From: Lama guanicoe
Taxonomy: Eukaryota
DNA length: 64,000 bases
Direction: 5' to 3'
NCBI GenBank assembly: GCA_013239625.1
Contig: MU056050.1
Location: 3,954,084 to 4,018,083, forward strand
Of this stretch, positions 38,720-51,714 are shown in pieces. The notes below the pieces were generated by a model. It had not been told where the DNA came from and searched no databases. It saw nothing but the letters and a program-made list of their open reading frames with translations. Within the stretch, counting starts at the first letter, position 1. Each line of letters begins with the position of its first letter. The position numbers and the translations under genes are program-made.

Positions 38720-41121
38720 ATTCATTTCTCTTTATATTTTTTTGTACCTACTGTAAGATTTGCTTTGTGGTTACCATGAGACTTACATAAAACATATATT
38801 TATACGTCTGTTTTAAGCTGAAGACAACCTGACTTCAAACACATATAAAGCTCTACATTTTTACTCTCCCCCTATTTTATGTTTTTAACATCACGGTTTA
38901 CATATTTTTACCTTGTGTGTCTGTTAACAACTGTAACTTGTACTTACAGTTATTTTTAATACTTTTATCTTTTAATCTTCATACTAGATTTATCAGTGAT
39001 TTGCCCACCACCATTACAACACCAGAATATTCTGAACTTAACTATACATATACCTTTACCAGTGAGATTTACACTTTCATATATTTTCCTGTTACTAATT
39101 AGTGACTTTTCATTTCACATTGAAACAATCTCTTTAATGTTTGTTGTAAGGCGAGTATAGAGATGACAAACTTCTAGAGCTTTTACTTGGTTGGAAAACT
39201 CTCTCTCTCCTTCAATTATGAAGGACAAATTTTCCATGTAGAGTATTTTTGGTTGGCTTTTTTTTTTCTTTCTTTCTTTTAGCACTTTGAGTACCACTCC
39301 CTTCTGCATACAGCATTTCTGCTGAAAAATCTGCTGGTGGTCTTATGGTGATTCTCTTATACATAACAAGTTGTTTTTCTCTTGCTGCATTTAATAAAGA
39401 TTCTCTCCTTGTCTTTAACTTTTTACAGTTTAATTATAATGTATCTCAGTGTGGATCTATTTAGATTCCTCTTATTTGGAACTCTCTGGTCTTCCTGGAT
39501 CTAGGTATCTGTTTTTTCCCCTGAATTAAGAAAGTTTTCAACCATTATTTCTTTCAATAAGCTTTCTGTCCCTTTCTCTCTCTCTTCTCCTTCCTAGACC
39601 CCTATAATACAAACATTGTTTCACTTTATGGCATCCATCAAGTACTTTAAGCTATCTTCACTCTTTTTCATTCTCTTTTCTTTTTGCTTCTCTGACTGGA
39701 AGTATTTTACTCCCATGTCTTCAAGTTTGCTGATCCTTTCTTCTGCTTGACCTAGTCTGTTGAACCCCTCTGTTGAATTTTTCAGTTCAGTTACTGTATT
39801 CTTCTGCTCCAGCAACTTCAGCTTGGTACTTTCTATTTTCTGTCTCTTTGTTGAAATTTTCACTTTGTTCATACTTTTTCTCCTGACCTCACTGACCATT
39901 TTTATGACCATTATTTTATTATCAGGTAAATCACTATCTCTTTTTCATTAAGGTCTGATTTTGGAGTTTTATCTTGTTCTTTTGTTTGGAACATATTCTT
40001 CTCTTTCTTCATTTTCTTAATGCTCTCTGTTGATTTCTTCATGTTAGATAAAACAGTCAACTCATTCAGTTTTGACAGGCTAGTCTAGTGTAGGACATGA
40101 ACCTTATCATTCAGCCTGACCTGAGCTCTTGGTGTCTCTCAAATCTTTTGATTGTCCACAATACCAATACCTTTGTTCTTAGTGGCTCTCAGTAGTTGAG
40201 GGTGTGCCAAGACCTGTCAGTGTTCCAAAGTGGAGGTAGATATAGACTGATTGAAAGCTGGACCCTCAGGCAGCAGCTTTTAAAGTGTGAAAATAGACCT
40301 CTTTCTCAGAAAGACTGGGAGATGAGTGTTTCTGCTCCCTCTGTGCTGAGCCCCAGGGGAATACCTGGTTAAGAATTGTTTGTTTGTCACAAACCTGTGG
40401 GGCCCACAAACACAAGCCCTGCTGGCCACTAAAACCAGGCAGTCAGGGGTTGCATTCTAGGCAGCAGTTACAAAAGCTAGGGTGCCAGATGTGTGCACAA
40501 GCTCCTTCCAGGAGACTCCAGTGATCTGGAATGGGCTGGAGGGAGGGTTTCAGGCAGCTTCTAGATGTATGCTAAATTAAAAGCCTGGCCTTCAGACAAC
40601 AGCATTTGAAGTATGTAAGTAGACCTCTTTCAGGGAAAGACTGGGAGATGAGCATTTTTGTTTGCTCCTTCAGCCCTGAGCCCTGGGGGGAATAGCTACA
40701 GCAAGTCCTCACAGTTCAATTAAGAACTGTTTCTTTGCTGTAGTCTTGTGGGTCTCAGGGACACAAGCACTTTTGGCTTTCAGAGTTAGGTGTTTTGTGA
40801 TCCCATCCCTCAGTGGGAAATCTTAGAAGCAGGGGTCAACTTAGGTGTTGGGTCTAAACCCTTCACTCCTTAGGCAGAAGCTTGGAGTTGCAAGTACCCT
40901 CCCAGTTGTGGGTCTCTGTGCCAAGGGTGAATTTATGGTGAGAGTGTGTCTCAGCCTTCCCTACCCATTTCAATACGGGTTTTTTCTCATCCACTCGATA
41001 AGTAGGAGTCGCTCAGCTAGTTTCTGGATTTCTTTCAAAGTAATTGCTCTATGTGTAGCTGTAGATTCAGTGTGTCTATGGACGCAGGTGAGTTCAGGAC
41101 CCTTTGACGTTGCCATCTTCT
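38720..41121 (-). mobile_element. L1 5' half (5'UTR with tandem monomers, decayed ORF1)
   Basis: Minus-strand ORFs 39621-39911 (ELKNSTEGFNRLGQAEERISKLED, ORF1p coiled coil) and 39115-39309 (KVLKE...QPKILY..LSF, ORF1p C-terminal). The 5' terminus reads gaagatggc on the minus strand near 41120. Confidence 0.9.
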
Positions 41122-41368
41122 GCAATTCACAAATATTATTCAGTTCAAAATATTTTTAAATTTCTCATTTGACTTATGGATTATTTAGAATTGTTTTTCT
41201 GAGGAGACTCTGGATTCTGTTTTATAATTCTGAAGAGTTATTTTTGTTTTAGCAAGTGTTTATTTTGTTTTATCAGTTAACTTGTTTGGAATCAAATGGT
41301 AAACTCTGTCTCTTGGGCAAGTTTGTTTATTTATTTATTTTATCTTTATCTGGGCTACTTTCTACTAT

Positions 41369-42029
41369 TGTTGCCAGTAGATGCAACCGGTGTTCCAGGT
41401 TCTTGTCCTGTCCCAGAAAGAATTCAGAGACAAGACATAGTGGTTTAAAAAGTAAAGTGAGGATTTATTAAAGGAGATAATAATACACTCTCAAGGAGAG
41501 AGCAGGCAGGCTCACGTGAGTGGCTGCCCTGTGTTTCTTTGGCAAGTTAGTTACATAGGGTATAAGAATGAATGGGTGGAATATTCATTGGGGAAGGAAG
41601 GGTTTGGGGTGATATTCCCTGATTATCATCCCAACTCCACCTTCCCAAAGGGAGGAGGGATTTTTGTCCTTATTTAGTCTGGATCGGAAGTGTCATGGTG
41701 TTGGTGCATGATGGGTACTTCTGATCTGCAGGGCTAATTTTATTGAAATGAAGGCATAATGAGCAAAAGGTTACATTCGGACTCTGGAAATTCCTTCCTT
41801 TTCTCACCTGTCTTTGTTCCTCTCCAGGCCACTCATCACCCCAAAAGGTATGATCCCTTATCAGCCCAAAGGTCCCTGCTTTTCTTTCTCTGCCCAGGGA
41901 CCCCTGGTGCTTTTACATGATGTATGTTTTCCTGTATTTGGCTTGTGCCCCTCCTTTCTGCCCAATTCCTGCCATTTGGTCTGTGTCCCCCTTTCTCTGC
42001 TCATATCTAGCTATCTGCCTGCTCTAACA
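41369..42029 (-). mobile_element. ERV1-class LTR (family A, copy 1)
   Basis: TG...CA ends (tgttgcc...ctctaaca), minus-strand AATAAA near 41465, and homology to 42793-43370. Confidence 0.85.
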
Positions 42030-42037
42030 TTAGGACA

Positions 42038-42655
42038 TGATGCAGGAAAAACAGGTGTGGGGTGTGAGAAGGGCTGTGTCCCAGGCTTCAGTTGAGCCCC
42101 TGGGACGTGCCCCGCCAAGTGTGGGTCCTTGGCTTTGCGCAGGAAAGAATTCAAGAGCGAGCCACAGTTGAGTAAAGGTAGATTTATTCAGAGAGATACA
42201 TTGAAAGGCAAGAGAAAGGCCACGAGGTGTGGGGGTTGGGTGCTCAGATTAAAAGTAGGTACACACTCCATAGACAGAGTGTGGGCCATCCGAACAGAGA
42301 GAGAGAGGCCTTGGCCGCAAGGCACTGTGTTGCTAGTTTTTATGGGCTCAGTGGCTTCATATGCTGATAAGTGGAAGGACCAGTCTGACTAGTCTGGGGA
42401 AGGGGCTGGGATTCCCAGGAAGTTGGCCATTTCCTACTCTTTGAACTTTTGTGGCTAGCCTTGGGACTGCCATTGTGCTGTAGGCGTGTTATTTATCATG
42501 CTAATATATTACAATGGGTGTAATGAAGCTCAAGATCTGCTAGAAGTCAAATCTCCCACCATCTTGAGCTTCAAGGCCTACTAGGGGTTGAATCTTCTAC
42601 CATTTTGATGTTAATTGCTGTAGCATTCCTTGAACCCTGCCCCCTTCCTATCTCA
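42038..42655 (-). mobile_element. ERV1-class LTR (family B), relatively CpG-retaining and probably young
   Basis: tgatgcagg...cctatctca ends, gcgcaggaaagaattcaagagcgagcc U5-like text, and minus-strand AATAAA near 42183. Confidence 0.8.
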
Positions 42656-42792
42656 CTATCTGTCTGCTATCTGCTGTGGAGATACGTGATTCTGGGACTA
42701 TCAGAGATCTGGGCAGAATTTATACACAGAATATAGGACTCTCCTCTATTTATTTCCTTTATGGATTCCCCCTTAGCTCTTTCTAGTGGTTG

Positions 42793-43370
42793 TGTTGCTG
42801 GTGACTAGATTCTTTTCTTGTCATAAAAAGAACTCAGAGATGGGATGAGGAGGTTAAGAAAGTAAAGTGAGGATTTATTAAGGGATAGATAGTACACTCT
42901 CAAGGGGAGAGCAAGCAGGCTCCGGTGAGCAGCTGCCCTGAGTTTCTTTGGCAGGTTGGTTGCCTAAAGTGTAAAAATGAATAGGTGGAATATTTACTGG
43001 AGAGGGAAAGGCTTGGAGTCATATTCCCTGATTTTCATCCCAACTCCACCTTCCCAAAGGGAGGAGGGAATTTTGTCCTTATTTAGTCTGGATCAGAAGT
43101 GTCATGGCATCGGTTACATTCAGACACTGGAGATTCATGCCTTTTCTCACTTTTCTTTGTTGGTATCCAGGCCACTTGTCACCCCAAAATGTGTGATCAC
43201 TTATCTGCCTAGAGGTTCCTGATTTTCTTTCTCTGCCCAGAGACCCGTGGTGCTTACATAATATATGATTTCCTGCATTTGGCCTGTGTCCCTCCTTCCT
43301 GCCCAATTCCTGCCATTTTGCCTGTGTCCCCCTTTCTCTGCTCATATCTAGGTATGTGCCTGCTTTAATA
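42793..43370 (-). mobile_element. ERV1-class solo LTR (family A, copy 2) with 4-bp TSD gttg
   Basis: gttg|tgttgctgg...ctgctttaata|gttg; homologous to 41369-42029 but with an internal deletion. Confidence 0.88.
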
Positions 43371-43446
43371 GTTGTGGTTATCCCAAACTCTGTCTTCTGG
43401 GTCTTCAAGCCAAGACTATGGTCTTTTAAGCCTAATTTTAACCACT

Positions 43447-43651
43447 CAAGGTATACTGGTAAATGTTTAATAACTGGATCTCTGAAGCAAATATAAATAA
43501 AATCCTGATTTTAGCATCTTCTGATTTCCATGGTGTGAAAACTCCTACCATAGCCAGTTTCAAGCTATGTGTTTCACTGAACATTGAATTAGGAAGTTAT
43601 GCCCACAGTCAACTCTCATGAGCTAGTGGGAATTGGCTATAGTATACCTTT
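43447..43651 (-). mobile_element. hAT DNA transposon MER63A-like
   Basis: ctggtaaatgtttaataactgg...gatttccatggtgtgaaaactcctaccatagccagtttcaagcta...cactgaacattgaattaggaag. Confidence 0.8.
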
Positions 43652-43959
43652 GTAAACACCTTACATGGTGGAGGTTTTAACCTATCCTATAGATAAAAGC
43701 CATAAAAATGAGATACTCATCCCCACTTTACACTTCTAAGTGTCAACTCTCCTTCAAATTTCAGAATCTGCCTGCTTTTGTTACTTTTCAGTACATTGAT
43801 CTTGTTTTTGTTGATGCTGTTGTTGTCGTTGTTTATTAATTTGCATTTTCATGAAAATAATTATCCATTATTTAGGTTTATTTATGGAAGCGTAGGTTCC
43901 AAGAGGATCTCATTTAATCATGCTAGAGATAGAAATCCAACAATACTTTTGATATATGC

Positions 43960-44760
43960 TTTTTGAGATCTAATTATATTTCTTAACATATATCTGGTTC
44001 ATTGTAACTACTGGTTAGTAGTCCATAGTATGTTTTACTATATTTAATTATTTAATTTACCATATTTAATTATAAATTTCTCTTGTGATTATTACAGAGC
44101 TGCCCCTGAAGACCCAATTTCACAAAAATGCTTCAAATATGTCCTAATGTATATGCATATATGCACACACTTATGACCTTATTTTAAACTTTCTCTAGGG
44201 TGTACACCAAAGAGTGGGTAATATGGTATGCATATTCCTAATTTCACTGTCTCACCCAGTTGTTGTCTAGAATAGCTGTCTCTTTTACACTTCTACCAGC
44301 AGTGCATTAGGTATAACAGTTCCTCACATCTTTGACAATACTTGGTTATATCTGATACATTTTTGCTGATCATAAAGTCGTGTAATTGCTTTACTTCACA
44401 TTTCTATAATCAACATCAAGTATAAGCATCTCTGTATCTACTTGTAACCAGTCAGGTTTCTTGTTCCATTAACTCTATTTTCTCTGTTCATTTTGTTATT
44501 AATTTTCTCTTTTTCTTATTGATTTGCAGGAATTCTTTATATATTCTACACATTAATCTCATTTGTTTTAGATGTTGCATGCATTTTCTTACTGACTCTT
44601 AATATCCACTTTTGAACAAGAATTACTTTTTCTCTAAGTGAATCCATCAATTTTTATATCTTGTGATTTATGCTTTTGAAACTTGTTAAACATTCTTTTT
44701 CAACTCAAGGTCTTAAGTTTTCTGCCACCTGTATTTCTTTTAGCTTTATAATTTTACCAG
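43960..44760 (-). mobile_element. Old L1M fragment
   Basis: ttttacacttctaccagcagtg...ttcctcacatctttgacaatacttgg...ttttcttattgatttgcaggaattctttatatattcta. Confidence 0.7.
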
Positions 44761-44829
44761 TTGTTCCAAAACTTGATAAATAAGATAAATAATAAGACAA
44801 AATAAAATTAAACAATGAGGGAGCTAAAA

Positions 44830-44950
44830 ATTCTTGGGCCTGATTCTAGACCTACTTAATCAGAATCTTTGGGGCTGGAGCCCTGGAATTTGCATTTTTT
44901 TCTAAGCACCTATCATGCAGCCAATTTCCTGATGTGTTTGGCAACCTCTC
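44830..44950. mobile_element. MER5A-like hAT-Charlie fragment
   Basis: agacctacttaatcagaatctttggggctggagccctggaatttgcattttt. Confidence 0.65.
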
Positions 44951-46883
44951 AATTGCATGGCATGCAAAGTCATTTCCAAATTTGGAATTCCTAGACTCTA
45001 TCAACATTTAATTAAAAAAAAATAAGTATCCCTAATAGATGACACTTTACTGTTCTACAAGAACATCCACCTGGGACTTCTTATTGAACTCCAGAAGATA
45101 CAGAGTTTAGGGAAATAAATATTGTCTTTCCTCCTTCAGGAAAAAATAATTTCAATTATTTTGACTTAATTTCTTAAACAAACATTTATAGACTATCTAC
45201 TGCATGCCAGATATCTAGACTAATATTGTTGAGTCCCTCCCCTTCATCTCTGTCTAGTAATATTCAGATAGGGAAAATGGGTTTTCTAGAACTAGTAGCA
45301 TTGGTCAAAGGATATCTTCTCCATGCCCCTTGAAGAGAAAAAAAAAAAAGCCGTAGAAAGCATGTTGCAGCAGAACCATCCAAACCACCTAGCAACCAAC
45401 CATGTCTTTGTATACTTGACTACAACTTAATTAGGGGTAAATACTGAAAGAGCATAATGCCTGCTATAGCATATTAATATGCATAGGCACTGAAAGTAGG
45501 CTGAATAATGAAATTAGAGAATTAAATAATTTTCTATGACTCTGGGACTTTATTTTTTTAATTTATACGTTTGTACAATTAAGAGAGACATGCATGGTAG
45601 AGCTTCTTGTCTGTTTGAATTTGGCCTCCTGTCAATCATGAACTTAATGAAGAACTAAGAATAGAATACAATCACAATTCCTTCTTCAAAAGTTCAACAT
45701 CTTCTGAAAAGTTTTATGGAGAAAACTAGCATATGGTTTTATCCAAATGAAAGCAGGTCATCTCATATGACTCTGAGAAGTTTCTTCAAAGTAAAGGACT
45801 GCCTTGCCTTTTTAAAATATTTTTCCTCTCTGCTCATCATCCTTGCTTGTAAAGAATTCCCCAGGGAATTATAGCTGTTGACTTTTCTGATGTAGATGAA
45901 GCCATACCAAACCATCAGGGATTTCTTGTTACAAAATTTCACTTGAACACTTTCTTCCTTCAACTGCTAGTTCTTTTAGCTTATTCTAAAATATGAGTGT
46001 TTATTCAGTCCTCCTGGTGAACCTGTAATGGATGGATAAATGTTCAGATCTTGCCATGATCACAAAGTTGCCTCGTTATAAAATTTGTCTTTGGAAATTT
46101 ATTGTATTTAGAGAAAGTTTATTGACCTTTGAAGTTTTACTAAGAATGTGATTATTCTTCTCTCATTTCCTTCTGTGTGATGTAAAATTCAATTAAAATT
46201 GTGTTAAGTATTTAGTAACCTTTAATCAGGTGAGGTTCAGCTTTATAGGTTTACTTTTAGGTGATTAACATTTTTCATCTCTCATAATAGTACTTGTCTG
46301 TATGGTGTTATTTGTACATATGTACAGTCTGTGTAAAATACATGCACATGGGGTTTATGCATAAAAATATTTTATAAGGTTCTAAATACAACCTTTTCCT
46401 TAGCTCCAGTTTGGAAAAGGTGTAGTTCAACTCTTTCATTACACTCATGTTTCCCACTGAATGTCAAACACAAAATATACTTCCCCCATCTCTCCAAGTC
46501 AGACCACATCTTGGGTATATGACTTTTTCCACCTTGATTTACTATGGATGGAATGCAACTTTTCCTATCCTTAACGTGAATGAGTACAATTTACCTACAA
46601 TTGCAGGGATGATAAAGGGACAGAGCTGGATGGAAAAGGGGGCTATCACTTTACCTATAAGTGTATTTCACAGTTCTGAAGATCCATATACACTGTCCTA
46701 ATAGCTTCAATATTTCCCTTTCTGGACCTACTCCACTATTGGAAATTACCTGATCCTCTGACTAGCCTCATTTTCTTAGTTGTTAAGGTGATAAACAATA
46801 TTCAGAAGTCTGATACAACTTTGGATTTTCAAAAAGTTAGCATCAGAAATCAGAGAATTCCTATTGAAATTGCCTCTTGGAAG

Positions 46884-47130
46884 CAGTGTAATAAGTAGGT
46901 AAAAAACACAGGCTTTATGAGCCCAGTTGACTAGGGTTTGGGGGAGCTGAGTCTGCCATATAATAGCTGTGACCTAGGGCAAGCAAGTCACAACCTTTTT
47001 GAGCCTATGTCTCTTTGTGAGGAAAATAATGATAGTAATATTTGCTTCACAGGTATTGTTGTAAGAATAAAATGGAATATGTGTATAAAATGTATAATAT
47101 CTTGCATGTCATCAGCATTTAATAGATCAT
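46884..47130 (+). mobile_element. MIR SINE
   Basis: ctgccatataatagctgtgacctagggcaag...cttcacaggtattgttgtaagaataaaatg. Confidence 0.75.
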
Positions 47131-47529
47131 AGTTTTATACACTGGGTGGGGTAATAGTAATTTTTCATGACATGTGCACTAGCATTCAGCTCAGCTCAGT
47201 CCATTGAACATGAAGTACCTACAGAGCATCAGACCCTGTGCTTAACAAAACTCTGTAATACAAAGATGAATAACACATGATTTTTGTCCTCAAAGATCTC
47301 ACTGTCCATAATAACAAAGACACATAAGCAGAATATTCTAATACAGAAGGATCCATGCAATGGCAGAGATACACTCATTTTATGGGAATAGAACAGAAAG
47401 GGTGGCTTGAGGGAGGCAAAGGAAAACTTCTGAGTGGAAGGAAAATACCTGAACTGAATTTTAGCTCTCTAAGCTCTGGGGTGTGCTGCAGCTAACCTAG
47501 AACTGTGGCTTAACTGCTTCTGAGTGAAT

Positions 47530-47725
47530 GCAGCCTTGTGGAAGAATACACTCTCTCTGAAGCCAGACTACCTGGATTCAGCTCCATCACTTACTAGCTG
47601 TATGACCCCTCACTTCTCCATCAATAAAATGGAGATAATGATAGTACCAAAGTCATAGGGTTTTGAATATTACAGGTGCTTAGGAAACTGCTTGATAAAT
47701 AGTAAGTATCATATAACTGTTATCT
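47530..47725 (+). mobile_element. MIR SINE
   Basis: ctgaagccagactacctggattcagctccatcacttactagctgtatgacc...taaaatggagataatgatagtacc. Confidence 0.8.
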
Positions 47726-48683
47726 TTGCTGTTTCTGTTATATCTTTAAAGTAGAAATAGCAAAAATCTAATCATTCACATTTACATGTATCTGGGCTGA
47801 CAGAAATAAAAGTGGCTTCAAAATTACCTACTATATTAGCATGTAATTGTACCTAATTTACTAGTGATAGGTGATGTCAGAAATCAGGACAAAGTTGCAT
47901 ACAGTACCTGATTCTAAAGAATAGAAAATATTTTAAAAATGAGAAATAATAGTGTTAAAGAAGTGAGCTAAAAAAATATGTTCTTGTATATGTAGCCAAA
48001 GGAGTGATTATAACTTCACCTCCTTATAAAAACTAAACTTTACAGTCTAAACACATAATTCTAGGTAGACATCTACTTTTTAACTAGTGGTTTTCAAACT
48101 GTCCTCAGGTTCTTTGGAAATGCTTCAGGATCCTGCAACAAAGAAATATTTTCTGCCAGGTACTGAAGATTTGAACTGCCCATTCATTACTTTTACCCAA
48201 ATGACATATAAGGGCTCTGTTTTTAAAAACTATTTGGGAATTGATTTATAAATTTAAACAATATTTTCATGGCCTAAAACCTTTGATAATCACTTTTTAA
48301 AACTTTCAAATATCACTTTTATTACCCATAAACCTTGCCGCTGATTGTGTCATTGTAATAAACATATTGTGATTTACACTGACAGCAAGATAATGTTATT
48401 TCTAGACTGTTCTTTATCAAAGAAAAACCATGAGATAAACCTTCTATCATTGCTTATATGAAATGAGATAATTACTCCTTTATTGAACATAGACAACTTT
48501 CTCAAAGTCCACCCTGTAAAAAGAAACTGACTTTTTATTTTCAAGATTCAGATTCTTAAAGCAGTCTGCCTTTTTTTGGATAATATACAGTGTTTCAAAT
48601 GTCATATACTTTTTCATTCAAAACTCTACATGTTATAATGTATCATGAAATACAGTATGTAAACAGTTCATTCGTAAGGAGAG

Positions 48684-49081
48684 TGTTTTAGTTATCTATC
48701 GCTGTGTAAAACGTTGCCCCAAAACTAGACAGTTTAATAAAGCAAGTATTTATTATTGTACATATTTTCTGAGGGTCAGGAATTTGGGAGTAGCTTAGCT
48801 GTGTTGTTCTGGCTCAGAGTCTTTCATGAGATTATAGTCAGACTGTGGTCTGGGCCTATAGTCTTGTCAAGGCTGGAGAATCTACTTATAAGCTCACAAC
48901 GTGGTTGCTGACAAGCCTCTGTTCTTTGATAGCTGTTGGCCAAAGCCATTAATTAAGTAATGTCTCAACTTGTGGACTTTTCCATAGGGCTACCCACAAT
49001 ATAGTAGAGATCCAAAAGAACATGGGAGGAAGGGAGCAAGAATACCAGAAAGTGGGGTCACTTTGGAAGCTGATTACCACA
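48684..49081 (-). mobile_element. MaLR solo LTR (MLT1F/G-like), internally deleted
   Basis: tgttttagttatctatcgctgtgtaa...ttctgagggtcaggaatttgggagtagcttagctg...gaagctgattaccaca. Confidence 0.75.
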
Positions 49082-49575
49082 CCATGTCTCAGAAATAATG
49101 ACACCTGGACTACTAGACCTACAAAAAGGTCTCAGAAAACATCTCATATGTCCCCTTGCTCTGTGGTAAATGACTATTTAAAATTTGAAAAACCTAGGAT
49201 CATTTACTCTATCCTTGCATTCTTCGGGATTGTACTATCAAAGTCATCCTTATGGACTCATTCTAGCCCTTTATCCCTCTGATAATCAATAAAGTCATAT
49301 CAAATTTCAATTTCACCTGCGTTAATTGAAAAGCATTTTCTATTCTGGTAGAGTTCATGTTGACTAAGAAAACATAGTCAACTATAACATCTACTTCAGT
49401 TCAAAGTTTAAGGTGTTTACCATTATGAATTTTTGTACAATTAGAAAACCAAACAACCAGCTGAATGGATGGAAGTGTAATAAGTATAACTGTGACTTTC
49501 TTTGAGAGTGCTTCTGATACCTTCTATTTCTAGTTTAGTGGAATAGTTGGAGAAAAATTAATTTTTATTAAGACT

Positions 49576-49792
49576 GATAGATGCACATCACTATATATAA
49601 AATAGATAAACAACAAGGACCTACTGTATAGCACAGGGAACTATATTCAGTTTCTTGTAATAAGCTGTAATAGAAAAGAATCTGAAAAAATGTACATATA
49701 TGTATGTATATGTATAACTGAATTGCTTTGCTATACACATGCAACTAACATTGTAAATTGACTACACTTCAATAAAAAATAATAAGTAAAAA
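49576..49792 (+). mobile_element. Young 5'-truncated L1 3'UTR of cetartiodactyl type
   Basis: ataaacaacaaggacctactgtatagcacagggaactatattca...cattgtaaattgactacacttcaataaaaa, followed by an A-rich tail. Confidence 0.9.
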
Positions 49793-50847
49793 GGACTCCC
49801 CTATCTAGTAGGATCAGCTCAGAATTTCTGTATTGATGCTATCATTAAACATTAGTACACAAAGCATGGTTAGATTATGAAAAAAATTGAACATGGTGTC
49901 ATTGTTCTTACTGAGTTTAACTTGAAGATGCTTCATGGTCTTAGAAAGTTCAGTTCATCAACACAACTAGAACAGTATAACCTTCAAGTGCCACTGGAGC
50001 ACTTTTTGATTTAAGGTTTATAATTTATAGGCTTTGTAGAAGAGCATTGTAGCAACCAGGTTGGCCTGCTGCTAATAGCATGTGGGCAATTTATGGCAAA
50101 GAAATGAAAATCAATGATAAGTTCAAATCACAACCATTAGCTATTAACATTTTTTGTTGTAGATGAATATCACTGGGCTTAGCATGGCTCATTTATTTCC
50201 AGTACTCCCTGTCCTCTTGTCATGGGGTCTGTTTTATATTGTTCTATTTTCTTAGTGCTTAAGTACAGAACTGTTCTGAAATAAAGGTAGTGGCAGATAA
50301 ACACGTTATTTAAATTATTCACTCCATAAAGCAATCAAATGGCAAATCTAGATTATAATAGTTATTTTATGTTGAGAAGTTTACTTAAGTTTTGTTTTAA
50401 AGCATTGCATTTTACCATATATTTAGGTACACTACAGGTCAGTGTATCGCTTGTATGCACATAGTGGTGTGTGAGAGCATATTCCTTTATTACAAAGAGA
50501 TGTCCCTGACCCTAGAAATTAGAATGGGATTTACTGTCTGAAATTGACCAGTGTGATAAGGTAATTGGGATTATGAGTGAACATCTTTGAAGGAGGGTTA
50601 AACAATTCTTTTCACTCTTGTTGAAAAACAGTTCTAATATTAATTTAATTCTGTGTGTTTAAAGTCAAACAACCATAGTAGAACTCCTAATCTAGAATCT
50701 TGCAAGGGCTCAAAGGTCATAACTGTTTTTAACAACAGTAATCACTATACACGACAGTGGAGCTAGATATGTAGAAGTGGAAAGAGACTAGATGACTTGT
50801 AAATGAACCAGGTAATATATATATGTAGCTTCTTGAATAGGTCTTTC

Positions 50848-50852
<5 letters not shown>

Positions 50853-50888
<36 letters not shown>

Positions 50889-50890
50889 AC
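50853..50890. repeat. (CA)n microsatellite
   Basis: Read directly from the sequence. Confidence 0.97.
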
Positions 50891-51714
50891 GTGGACTTAG
50901 ACTGCTTTTATTTTTAAAAACTAAAAAATAATTAAATGTAAATTTCAAGTCAGTGAGGCACACATGTATATATAACTCATGCATCTTTCGTTGGCTTGGA
51001 TAAAAATTCCCTTGAATAAAAATAAATCAGCTGTAGATATCACCATTTATTTGGGGCTTTCAGACTATTGTCTTTCTAATAGTCAGATGATATGAAGCCT
51101 CAGAGACAGTATAGTGCGTGTTCTAACTTTTTGCTTTAGATATAAAATTTTTTTGATTTGTGTAAAAATACTGGAGCATTTGACAAATTAATGGTCCAGT
51201 TGAGAACACTTAGGGCCTAATTCATAGCAGCAGAACTCCCCTAAGAATAAATCATAATAAACCTTTTTTAATGTAAGTCAAGAAGAGGGCATGTAATAAC
51301 TTAGGTAAATACAAAATAGGATAACTGGATACATTTGACAGAATAAGAATGTTACAGGAACATCAGATATCATGGGTACATAGAAAAATGAGACTCTGAG
51401 AAGAATCAGAATAAATCAGGTGATTCCTTAAGGAGTTAATAGAAACCCTGTAAGAGATGAGATATCCTGACTTTCCTCCTTGCCATGAAGCAAAGCTAGC
51501 CAATGATTGTGCACCCATGGAAGCAAACACAATAGCATCATCTATTCTATTATCTCCTTTACAGTTAAGAACATTCAAGATACAAGCTTCACTATGCAGA
51601 AAACAACTGAATAGTAGATGAACATCTTTTTCATTAATCCCCTTCTGCCTATTAAAGCTTTCATATACTTCAGTATGCCCAGAAATTAACTAAGAATTTC
51701 CTTTACAAAACTAT

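Noticed and set aside
39115..39911. L1 ORF1p-like peptides as a functional gene
   Set aside because: They are fragmented by frameshifts and an internal deletion, and belong to a dead L1.
41369..43370. The two family-A LTRs as the 5' and 3' LTRs of one provirus
   Set aside because: The second copy has its own TSD, the copies are clearly diverged, and the spacer contains another LTR and host L1 rather than gag/pol.
45549..46022. Minus-strand terminal exon candidate (attacag|GTTCACC...AATAAA)
   Set aside because: Weak acceptor, no coding signal, and AATAAA is frequent in AT-rich DNA.
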